From positions 93,036-157,035 of the forward strand of contig JAFQDD010000010.1 of assembly GCA_017416145.1 (NCBI GenBank): DNA of 64,000 nucleotides, given 5' to 3'. The notes below the pieces were generated by a model that was not told where the DNA came from, ran no database searches, and worked only from the letters and a program-made list of their open reading frames with translations. Both the position numbers and the translations under genes were made by a program. Below, piece after piece: positions 17,544-25,776 of the stretch. Source of the DNA: Spirochaetaceae bacterium. Its GTDB lineage: Bacteria > Spirochaetota > Spirochaetia > Treponematales > Treponemataceae. Position 1 is the first letter of the stretch, and every line of letters begins with the position of its first letter.

Positions 17544-18223
17544 ATTTTCTCCTCCATATTTACCTTTGGATTATTTACACAATAATTCTTAATTTCTCGT
17601 CTTATAGAACATTCTTCGGGACGAGGAAAAACTATTACTCCATTTTCCATTTTTGGATGCCAAAATCTTGCAGTCAGTTTTTCTGTTTCTACTTCAGAAG
17701 GATAATCAAATCCATGAAACATCAACCCAAATGAGAATGAATCTTCATCATCATAAAAACTTTCACCTTCACCAAACTTACAAGGTTCAACATAACCTTG
17801 ACATTCTCGAGCACCTAAAAAAATATCTCTTCGCCCACCTTTTTCTAAAGAACGTCGAGCCATATCAAAATGTTTGTTTTCATTTCGGTCGTTCTCTAAA
17901 TCAGAACGTTGCATATTCCATTCAAAATGAGCTTTTACCTGATATTCAACATCTCTAAGGCATGTGTAAACAGATAAATCATTACCACCATTGTAACAAA
18001 GAGGTTTTATATTTTTTGATTCTGTACTAATTTTGTTAATCAATCTAATTTTATCAATAATCCAAATAATCGTCGGTTTCCAATAAATACTTTGTGTAAT
18101 TCCTTTTAAAGCCTCATAGGTAGGAATTAAATATGTACTTTTTTCACCACCAATTTTAGTAACTGGATCTGTAAAAAGTGCATACTTACCTGTTAATTTG
18201 AATTCAATGCTATTTTCTTTCAA
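17540..18223 (-). CDS. cas5: Cas5c (Cas5d) pre-crRNA-processing endoribonuclease / Cascade subunit
   Basis: The sequence NSIEFKLTGKYALFTDPVTKIGGEKSTYLIPTYEALKGITQSIYWKPT is classic Cas5d. The ORF track extends to a TTG at 18274. The TTG at 18223 has a perfect AAGGAGG 5 nt upstream and lies downstream of the predicted promoter, so it is preferred. Confidence 0.85.
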   Translation of the reverse strand: MKENSIEFKLTGKYALFTDPVTKIGGEKSTYLIPTYEALKGITQSIYWKPTIIWIIDKIRLINKISTESKNIKPLCYNGGNDLSVYTCLRDVEYQVKAHFEWNMQRSDLENDRNENKHFDMARRSLEKGGRRDIFLGARECQGYVEPCKFGEGESFYDDEDSFSFGLMFHGFDYPSEVETEKLTARFWHPKMENGVIVFPRPEECSIRREIKNYCVNNPKVNMEEKI

Positions 18224-18245
18224 AACATCCTCCTTAGATATTTTT

Positions 18246-18298
18246 ATTGTAAAACAGATACATTTATATGTCAATATTTATTTTATAATAATCTAGAA
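18246..18298 (-). promoter_or_regulatory. Near-consensus sigma70-type promoter of the cas5c-cas2 operon with an adjacent PAM-flanked crRNA-mimic target site
   Basis: On the minus strand, TTC (18298..18296) is followed by TAGATTATTATAAAAT (18295..18280) and aaata. Then comes TTGACA (18274..18269), a 17-nt spacer, and TACAAT (18251..18246). Confidence 0.6.
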
Positions 18299-18308
18299 GT
18301 TATATTTA

Positions 18309-18373
18309 TTATAAAATTAGGTTATAAACCTAATTTTATAATAATCTAGTTTCAATTCACGCAAAAATGCGAC
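18309..18373 (-). ncRNA. Solitary degenerate CRISPR repeat (psi-repeat) with a crRNA-like tail. Candidate Cas-regulating crRNA mimic.
   Basis: On the minus strand, 18373..18349 reads GTCGCATTTTTGCGTGAATTGAAAC. Compared with the array repeat, the 5' 6 nt and 3' 14 nt are identical and the central hairpin is shortened. The tail starts TAGATTATTATAAAAT and contains a perfect 15-bp-arm palindrome (18309..18341). Confidence 0.55.
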
Positions 18374-18419
18374 ACATAAACATAATACATAAAATTTCAT
18401 ATTTTATCTATCTCCTAAT

Positions 18420-20894
18420 TTAAAATGATAATACAGATATATCTGCATCAAAATAATTTTGTATTTCAGAAACTAAACCTAAATTTTTGCTATAATATTC
18501 TTCATTCAAAACATATATTCCACTATCTGCGAAGAGTTCATAAATAATACCTTTTTCTTTTAATTTTTCTATTTGATTTGAATAAACATTAATTGAAACT
18601 TGTTGTGCCTCTTTTAGTAAAGTTTTTAATTCTGAATAATAATTATCAGCTCTTTTTTCCAAAGCAGAACATTTACCAATCAATTCTTTTCCGACACCAT
18701 ACGGAACCATAATCCCTGTTGAAGAATCTGATATTACTTCAAATTCTTCCCAAGCTGTTCTAAAAGATTGTACATATGGGTTTTTCCATTTATTATTTGA
18801 ATGTATTTGTTCATATTTATCAACACTCCTTTTGTTATCAGAAAGCATATTTAAAACACTTGATTCTTTATTTTCTATTGAATAATCAAGTTTGTTTTTA
18901 AAAGCTTTATAATAAAGCTTAAAATATGCATCAATCACTTCTGGATTTATTAAATCAATACTTTTTGAATTTTTATTGTTTCTAAAATCATAAAGAATTT
19001 TTTCCATACATTTTTGTGCAATTTTTAGTTCTTCAAGAGATCCTATTTTCTCATCTCTGTAAGAAAAAATTGCTACACAACCACAAACAGATTTTCCATC
19101 CGCATCTTTTAACTCATTATATCTGTTACACCTCCCTGCAGTTTGAATAATTGAATCTAATCCAGCCATAAATCTAATAGCACCTTGAAAACTTAAATCA
19201 ACTCCAGCTTCTATTAATTGCGTACTTATACATACTACATTTTTACCTGCTTCTAATTTTTCCTTAATTTCAGAAATTACAGCTTTTCTGTGAGCCGGGC
19301 ACATATTTGTACTTAAATGAAAAACATAATCAGAACATTTACTCATTTTCAAAAGTTCAAATAACTCTTTAGCTTGAGGTTTAGTATTAACCACTATTAA
19401 AAAACTATTTAGTGTTATCATTTGATTTTTTACATAATCACAAATCTCCCTTGCGGTATTTGATTTTCTTCCTTGATCTGTCATATCCAAAAAATCAACT
19501 CGTTTAAGAGATTCAAAATGACTTTTTACATTTTGAATTACTTCTTCATCTATTACTAAGTTGAACCTTCGTGCTGTATTACTATCTATTTTATCTAAAC
19601 CAGGTTGAGTCGCAGTACATAACATAGCTGAACATCCACATACTTTTACTAAGTATTCGATTCCCCAATTAAACAAATAGGTTGTTTTTATTGGCAAGGT
19701 CTGAATCTCATCAAACACAAAAACACTATTTGATAAATGATGCATACGGCGTATTTTCTGTGTTCCAGAGCCAAAAAGTGTTTCCAAAAATTGAACCATC
19801 GTTGTTATAATTATGGGAGCATCCCATAATTGTTCATACTTTGAATATAAATTCTCATCTCCTAATAATTCAGTTTTCTTTTCAACAGAAATATTCGAAT
19901 GACATTCTAAAACTATTTTACCTTTTGAATTTTCATCCTCTAAAACCCTTCGAATTTCATCCGCATTTTGGTCAATAATGGATGTATACGGTGCTATAAT
20001 AAAAATATGTTTCATATTATGTTTATGTGCTTGTTCCAACGCAAAACGAAGAGAAGCAAATGTTTTTCCCGCACCAGTAAAAGCAGAACAACTATATACT
20101 CCTTTTTCACCTTTTCCCAAAATAGAACATTTATTTGAAACCTCAGTCTTTATTTTACCTAAATCATCTAATTTTTCAATTTTTTGAAGATGATTTTCTA
20201 ATTTTGAAAGCAAGTCTGACCAATTTGGAATTTTATCATATTTTTCCAACAATATTGTTTCGTTTTCCTCAAAAGCAGCACTACATATCCTATCTGCATC
20301 AATAAGGCAACTTGACAAATTTCTTAACTGTAACCCCATATTAAATATCACTTGCTTTTTTCCGATTTTTTTTATTTTACATTTTTCAAGCAATGCTTTT
20401 TTCCCTTCTAATATAAGTTCTTGGGAAGATAATAATTCTTGGATTTTATTACCAAACAAAGTATTGATTTTGTCTTCAACTTCAGACAACTCATGTTCAC
20501 AACTATCTTTATTTAATCTTTTATAAAATTCTGATTCACCATTTGGAGAAATCATATCAGGCAATCCAGAACCATGGTGATACATAATAACTGATTCTAT
20601 CGCAGAACCTATCCATTGATTTTCAAGCAACCAATTTTTTCTGATCAACTGTGCTCCAACAGTTGAATGATCCCTTTTACGAACTTTGTCCCCTGTTATC
20701 GATTTTTTCAAATATTCTTGCCATAAAAATGTAGATTTCCCTGCATCATGTAACAAAGAAGCTATTTCACAAAGTTTTGGAAACCCAAAATCTTTTCCAA
20801 ATATTTTACTTAGTTCAGCAACTTCATTTAGATGAGTTTTTAATGTTTGAAAATTTGGTTTTTCTTCTCTAAATTTTGCATAAATTTCATTCAT
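18420..20894 (-). CDS. cas3: Cas3 helicase-nuclease (HD domain plus SF2 helicase), type I-C
   Basis: The 824-aa ORF has an N-terminal HD motif (…LLHDAGKS…MYHHG). Walker A-like (TGAGKT), DEAD-like (FDEIQ) and C-terminal helicase motifs (QTAGRCNR) are present. Confidence 0.92.
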   Translation of the reverse strand: MNEIYAKFREEKPNFQTLKTHLNEVAELSKIFGKDFGFPKLCEIASLLHDAGKSTFLWQEYLKKSITGDKVRKRDHSTVGAQLIRKNWLLENQWIGSAIESVIMYHHGSGLPDMISPNGESEFYKRLNKDSCEHELSEVEDKINTLFGNKIQELLSSQELILEGKKALLEKCKIKKIGKKQVIFNMGLQLRNLSSCLIDADRICSAAFEENETILLEKYDKIPNWSDLLSKLENHLQKIEKLDDLGKIKTEVSNKCSILGKGEKGVYSCSAFTGAGKTFASLRFALEQAHKHNMKHIFIIAPYTSIIDQNADEIRRVLEDENSKGKIVLECHSNISVEKKTELLGDENLYSKYEQLWDAPIIITTMVQFLETLFGSGTQKIRRMHHLSNSVFVFDEIQTLPIKTTYLFNWGIEYLVKVCGCSAMLCTATQPGLDKIDSNTARRFNLVIDEEVIQNVKSHFESLKRVDFLDMTDQGRKSNTAREICDYVKNQMITLNSFLIVVNTKPQAKELFELLKMSKCSDYVFHLSTNMCPAHRKAVISEIKEKLEAGKNVVCISTQLIEAGVDLSFQGAIRFMAGLDSIIQTAGRCNRYNELKDADGKSVCGCVAIFSYRDEKIGSLEELKIAQKCMEKILYDFRNNKNSKSIDLINPEVIDAYFKLYYKAFKNKLDYSIENKESSVLNMLSDNKRSVDKYEQIHSNNKWKNPYVQSFRTAWEEFEVISDSSTGIMVPYGVGKELIGKCSALEKRADNYYSELKTLLKEAQQVSINVYSNQIEKLKEKGIIYELFADSGIYVLNEEYYSKNLGLVSEIQNYFDADISVLSF

Positions 20895-20987
20895 AAATAA
20901 ACCCTTTTTCTTTCATAAGTAGAATTACAATACTTTCACCACTCTTCTATTCTACCACACAATTTCCATAATAGACATTTACTCCCT

Positions 20988-21251
20988 CTACTTTCCACCC
21001 AATGCCTCTTGCATTATCTCCTCCAGCGACAAACCTCTTTTCCTATCTTTTGCTTCTTCCTGCCGACGCTTCTCTTCTTCCTCAAATTCCTCTTTAGAGC
21101 CACAAGCTTCCTTGATTGTCAATCTTCCCGCCCGACTTTTGAAGCCTTGAGCCGCATTTTCAAAAAAACAAGACAATTTTTCGTCACCAACAGATTCTGC
21201 TTTTTCTTTGCACATTGCTGATTGTTCGTTTAAATATTCATAGTAGCTCAT
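20988..21251 (-). CDS. Hypothetical small acidic/charged protein (87 aa)
   Basis: The ORF has an upstream GAGGAGG-like sequence (ttagaggaggattttATG). No family was recognised. Confidence 0.4.
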   Translation of the reverse strand: MSYYEYLNEQSAMCKEKAESVGDEKLSCFFENAAQGFKSRAGRLTIKEACGSKEEFEEEEKRRQEEAKDRKRGLSLEEIMQEALGGK

Positions 21252-21683
21252 AAAATCCTCCTCTAAAAATCAATATGAACGACAAACACTTCAACGCCAT
21301 TTTATGAGAAGTATTTGTCCTTTTCTCCTTAGGAAAATCTTAAAAAATCCTTTTTTTATTCCAGATTATCACCCAAAAGGGTCGTATTTTGTCCCTGTAA
21401 AAAAATTTTTTAAATATTTTTTTGGACGACCCCAGTTCCTCCCGTGCATCCAGCTTTCCATGACTCGCCAGAGGCTCGGTCCTTCGGACTTTTTGACTCC
21501 GTCAAAAATCACTCCAATCTGGCGTAGGCTTTAAAAACAAAAAAACCACCAGCAAGTTTTCACTCACCAGTGGTTTTTCTCTATGGACGTTTACGCAAAT
21601 CAACTGATTCACAAAGAATCAGTTTCTACGCTGTGGACGTAAGTTCACTAGCTAAAGCCAGTTACCAGCCCCAACATTCCCCA

Positions 21684-22607
21684 TTAATTACTATAAAAAC
21701 TACCCATAGACCGAATCTTTTTTACTCGATATTTTACCAAAACAGCTGGGTTTCGTTTTGTTAGGTCGTCGAGGTCTGCAACGATTTGCTTTTTGATAGC
21801 AAGGGCGGCTGCTTGTGGGTCGTTGTGAGCACCACCTTCCACTTCTGGAATAATGCCATTTATCACTTTTAAATCCATAACGTCTTGGCTAGTGATTTTT
21901 AGCATTGCAGCTGCGTCTTTTGCTCGTGTAGAATCCCTAAGCAAGATAGAAGCACAACCTTCTGGGGAAATTACAGAATAAATTGTGTTTTCTAGCATAT
22001 AGATTTTATCTCCAACGCCAATTCCCAAAGCTCCACCAGAGCCACCTTCCCCAATAATGATACAAATTATTGGAGTTTTTAGGCGGGAAAACTCTCGCAA
22101 GTTCATAGCGATTGCTTCTCCAACACCTCTTTCTTCAGCTCCCTGACCAGAATATGCCCCGGAGGTATCAATAAAAGAAATAATTGGACGATGGAATTTT
22201 TCTGCCTGACGTGCAAGACGCAATGCTTTTCTATATCCTTCTGGGTTTGCCATTCCACCATTTCTTTCGATGGTTTCTTTTAGATTTCTTCCCTTCATAT
22301 TACCAATTACTGTAACTGGCATTCCGTTCAAAAATCCAATTCCACCAATCATTGCTGGGTCATCTCCGTAAAGACGATCACCGTGAAGTTCTGTGAAATC
22401 GTCAAATATCATTTCGATGTAATCTAGAGTTCTTGGGCGTTCTGGATTACGAGCGATAGAAACTTTTTCCCAAACTCGGTCTACAGCTCGAGCTGAAGTT
22501 TCCATTTTTTGTTCGATTTTTGCAATTTCAGCACTAATATCTAGATTGTTTTCTTTTGCAAGGGCTTTTAGATTTTTCAATAATACTTCTTGATCTTGTG
22601 AATTCAT
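21684..22607 (-). CDS. accA: Acetyl-CoA carboxylase carboxyltransferase subunit alpha
   Basis: The AccA pattern is strong (…RPRTLDYI…GRP…DTSGAY.G..AEERG..EAIA…). The start is set at MNSQDQ (22607), 2 nt after the accD stop. Confidence 0.9.
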   Translation of the reverse strand: MNSQDQEVLLKNLKALAKENNLDISAEIAKIEQKMETSARAVDRVWEKVSIARNPERPRTLDYIEMIFDDFTELHGDRLYGDDPAMIGGIGFLNGMPVTVIGNMKGRNLKETIERNGGMANPEGYRKALRLARQAEKFHRPIISFIDTSGAYSGQGAEERGVGEAIAMNLREFSRLKTPIICIIIGEGGSGGALGIGVGDKIYMLENTIYSVISPEGCASILLRDSTRAKDAAAMLKITSQDVMDLKVINGIIPEVEGGAHNDPQAAALAIKKQIVADLDDLTKRNPAVLVKYRVKKIRSMGSFYSN

Positions 22608-22609
22608 GA

Positions 22610-23434
22610 CTATAGCTCCTTGTCTTGATTTTTGCTTGATTCGTAGGATTTCCACATTTTTGCAAAGAAATTTTCTTCGTATTTGTGGGCTTTTATCATT
22701 TTGGCAAAAAATGATTTTTGTTCAAATCTTGGAACGATTGTATCTACAAATCCTTTTTCCAACTGAAACTCTGCTCTCTGGAAACCTTCTGGTAATTTTT
22801 GGCGGATTGTGCCTTCAATAACACGAGGACCTGCAAATCCGATTAGAGCGTTTGGCTCTGCACAGGTAATGTCTCCAAGCATAGCAAAACTTGCTGTAAC
22901 ACCGCCAGTTGTTGGGTCGCAAAGCATTACAAAAAATGGTACTCCAGCTTCGTCCAAAGTGGCTGCGGCACTAGAGGTTTTTGCCATTTGCATTAGACTG
23001 AACAAGCCTTCTTGCATACGAGCTCCACCAGAGGTTGCATAAATAATAACTGGAGTTTTTTCCTCTGCACCTTTTAACATTAGGCGACAAATTTTTTCTC
23101 CAACAACGGAACCCATTGAACCACCCATAAAAGAGAAAGACATTACACCAAGCAAAGCCTTTTCTCCTTCTATTGTGCAAGAACCTGTAATTATTGCTTC
23201 TTCCATATTGGTTTTCATCTGGGCTTGGCTGATTTTTTCTTCGTAGCCTTCCATTTCAATTGGATTACAACTTGTTAAACCTTTGTTGATTTCTTTGAAA
23301 GAGCCTTCATCTGCAAGATATGCAATTCTATCTCGAGGTTCCATTCTAAGATGATGTCCACATTCTGGACAAACCATTAGATTATCTTTGAAAATTGCTT
23401 CTTCGTGAAAAACTTTACAATGTGGACAATCCAT
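22610..23434 (-). CDS. accD: Acetyl-CoA carboxylase carboxyltransferase subunit beta
   Basis: An N-terminal zinc ribbon (CPHCKV...CPECGHH) and the carboxyltransferase core (GGSMGSVVGEK, SGGARMQEG) are present. Confidence 0.9.
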   Translation of the reverse strand: MDCPHCKVFHEEAIFKDNLMVCPECGHHLRMEPRDRIAYLADEGSFKEINKGLTSCNPIEMEGYEEKISQAQMKTNMEEAIITGSCTIEGEKALLGVMSFSFMGGSMGSVVGEKICRLMLKGAEEKTPVIIYATSGGARMQEGLFSLMQMAKTSSAAATLDEAGVPFFVMLCDPTTGGVTASFAMLGDITCAEPNALIGFAGPRVIEGTIRQKLPEGFQRAEFQLEKGFVDTIVPRFEQKSFFAKMIKAHKYEENFFAKMWKSYESSKNQDKEL

Positions 23435-23456
23435 ATATCAATTTTCCTTATCCTAC

Positions 23457-24770
23457 TTATTTTACTAATTTTGCGTATAAACTAGTACCAAAGTTGCCTT
23501 TTTGGAACTCTTTGCTTTTTAATAGCATTTTTTGTTCTTCAAGATTTGTTGGTACACCTTCTATTTCTAATTCATCAAGGGCACGAAGTAATCTTGCAAT
23601 AGCTCGAGGTCGGTCTAAATCGTAAACAATTACTTTTGCAAGCATTGCGTCATAGTGTGGAACAACTGAATATCCCTGATACAAAAAGCTATCAAAACGA
23701 ACACCAGGGCCTGATGGCACGTTGAGTTTTTCAACTTTTCCAGGTCGTGTTGCATTGATACGAGCCTCGATTGAACAGCCTACAGTTTTTAAAATCCCTG
23801 AATCACATTCCATTGGAGCACCACAGCAAACCAATATTTGATTTTTGATTAAGTCTGTGTTTGTAACAAGCTCACTTACTGGATGTTCAACTTGGATACG
23901 TGCATTTACTTCCATAAAATAGAAGTTGCCCTCTGTTACCAAAAACTCAATAGTTCCAGCTCCCCGATATTTTAAATCACTAAAAAGATTTAATGCACCT
24001 TTGCACATTTTTTTTCGCATATCTGGAGTTACTGCTGGAGATGGACTTTCTTCTATTAATTTTTGGTGATTTTTTTGCATTGAGCAATCTCTTTCACCAA
24101 GAATTGCAACATTTCCTTTGCCATCACCTAAAACTTGTAGTTCTACGTGACGTGGGTCTTCGATATATTTTTCAATGTAGATTGTTGCATCCCCAAAATT
24201 TGCTTTTGCTTCACTAGAGGCGATTTGTAGATTTTCTTCAAATTCTTCAAATCGACGAACAATACGCATTCCCTTTCCACCGCCACCACTTGCAGCTTTG
24301 ATAATCACTGGGAATCCGCAATCTTCTGCAACTTTACAAGCCATATCTTCGTTACGAATTGCACCTTCAGAACCTGGAGTAACAGGAAGTCCAGCTTTTT
24401 TTGCAGTTTCACGGGCTTTTACCTTGTCTCCAACTAGAGAAATGGTTTCTGGTTTTGGACCAATCCACACAAGACCAGCTTTTTCAACTTCCGCAGCAAA
24501 TTCTGCACTTTCTGATAAAAAGCCAACTCCTGGGTGAACAGCTTCTGAGCCAGTTTTTATTGCAGCTGTAATAAGGGCTGTCATATTTAAGTAGCTTTTA
24601 CTAGACGGTGCTGCTCCAATACAAACTGCAATATCAGCCATTTTTACGTGTAGATTTTCTTTGTCCGCTGTGGAATAAACTGCTACAGTTTCAATTCCAA
24701 GCTCTTTACAAGCTCTAATGATGCGAACAGCAATTTCTCCACGGTTAGCAATGAGAAGTCTTTTTATCAT
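23457..24770 (-). CDS. accC: Biotin carboxylase
   Basis: The N-terminus MIKRLLIANRGEIAVRIIRACKELGIETVAVYS and an ATP-grasp domain (GGGGKGMRIV) are present. Confidence 0.93.
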   Translation of the reverse strand: MIKRLLIANRGEIAVRIIRACKELGIETVAVYSTADKENLHVKMADIAVCIGAAPSSKSYLNMTALITAAIKTGSEAVHPGVGFLSESAEFAAEVEKAGLVWIGPKPETISLVGDKVKARETAKKAGLPVTPGSEGAIRNEDMACKVAEDCGFPVIIKAASGGGGKGMRIVRRFEEFEENLQIASSEAKANFGDATIYIEKYIEDPRHVELQVLGDGKGNVAILGERDCSMQKNHQKLIEESPSPAVTPDMRKKMCKGALNLFSDLKYRGAGTIEFLVTEGNFYFMEVNARIQVEHPVSELVTNTDLIKNQILVCCGAPMECDSGILKTVGCSIEARINATRPGKVEKLNVPSGPGVRFDSFLYQGYSVVPHYDAMLAKVIVYDLDRPRAIARLLRALDELEIEGVPTNLEEQKMLLKSKEFQKGNFGTSLYAKLVK

Positions 24771-25258
24771 TATGCGTTTTTCCGAATTTTGAAAATTGGT
24801 TGATCGAATTCTACTAAGTCGCCGTTTTGAACTAGGATTTCTTCGATAACACCGTCGTATTCTGCTTCTAGAGTGTTCATCAATTTCATTGCTTCAAGGA
24901 TACAAAGAGGTTGGCCTTTTTTTACATTAGAACCAACTTCTACGTAAGATGGAGCATCTGGAGATGGAGCACGATAGAAAGTTCCTACGATAGGACTTTT
25001 GATGTCTACAAGATTTTCATCAGCCTTTGTTGCAACAGGATTTGAAACAACTTCAGCAACAGGAACTGCATTTTCTGCAACAGGCACTACAGGCGTTGCA
25101 ACCACAGAAGGAGCTACAGCAGGTACAACATTAGAAACCACAACGCCCCCTTCCATACGTTTTAGAGAAATAGTATCTCCACCTTGATTAATGTCGATAG
25201 AAGCAAGAGTGCTTTTATCAAAACTGTTAATTAAATCCAAAATAAATTGTTCAGTCAT
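24770..25258 (-). CDS. accB: Biotin carboxyl carrier protein
   Basis: The C-terminal biotinyl domain has the EAMKLMN motif and an Ala/Pro/Val-rich linker. Confidence 0.9.
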   Translation of the reverse strand: MTEQFILDLINSFDKSTLASIDINQGGDTISLKRMEGGVVVSNVVPAVAPSVVATPVVPVAENAVPVAEVVSNPVATKADENLVDIKSPIVGTFYRAPSPDAPSYVEVGSNVKKGQPLCILEAMKLMNTLEAEYDGVIEEILVQNGDLVEFDQPIFKIRKNA

Positions 25259-25432
25259 ATATTCTCCTCTTTCACAAAAACAACAAAACGCCTATTTCCG
25301 CGTGTCCAAGAAGGGTTAGCGGTCAAGCAGGAGAAGAATTCCTAGAGCAGCCTTGCCCGATACCCTTCTGTCCCCGCTTACATAGGCATTTTGTTGCCTA
25401 GTAAAAAACTCAAGTCAAAAAAAATCGTCCAC

Positions 25433-25615
25433 TCACGTGAGCCAAACACGGCACACTGGAACAGCCATGTCCAACATCTAGCCCAGTCACGTGAGCCACC
25501 CACGGAACGCTCCCCAGAGCCGTTCCCAACATCAAGCCCAGTCACGTGAGCCAAACACGGCACGCTGACAAAGCCGTGCCTGACATCTAGCCCAATCACG
25601 TGAGCCAAAATCCCC
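25433..25615. repeat. Tandem repeat, period about 54 bp, 3.3 copies, each starting TCACGTGAGCC
   Basis: Units start at 25433, 25487, 25542 and 25596. Each contains CACGTG and an internal hairpin (GGCACG...CGTGCC, or GGAACG...CGTTCC). Confidence 0.85.
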
Positions 25616-25646
25616 CAATCACCAGAACCAACTCCCCTGCCAGAGT

Positions 25647-25776
25647 CCAGAGGGCGACAAGCCCTTTGGTCGTTCTTTTGGGAAAGGTGGGGGTTTGGGG
25701 GAGGAAAACCCGTTTTATCGAAAAAAATGGGTTTTCCTCCCCCAAGAAAAAGGGGGTTCTAGGGGCTCTCCCCTAG
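25647..25776 (+). repeat. GC-rich two-hairpin intergenic repeat element, copy L (abuts the fabV stop codon)
   Basis: Hairpin CCAGAGGGC-gaca-aGCCCTTTGG lies at 25647..25669. The linker is GGAAAGGTGGGGGTTT. Hairpin GGGGGAGGAAAACCC...GGGTTTTCCTCCCCC lies at 25697..25743. About 80% identity to the reverse complement of copy R. Confidence 0.8.

Noticed and set aside
18224-18274. Extension of cas5c to the TTG at 18274 (ORF-track start)
   Set aside because: That TTG is part of the predicted -35 box (TTGACA) and has no SD. The TTG at 18223 has AAGGAGG 5 nt upstream. The conserved Cas5d N-terminus begins right after it.
25378-25608. 76-aa minus-strand ORF with repeated LAHVTGLDV motif
   Set aside because: It is a translation of the 54-bp tandem repeat. 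It has no RBS or family resemblance. It is treated as a non-coding repeat.
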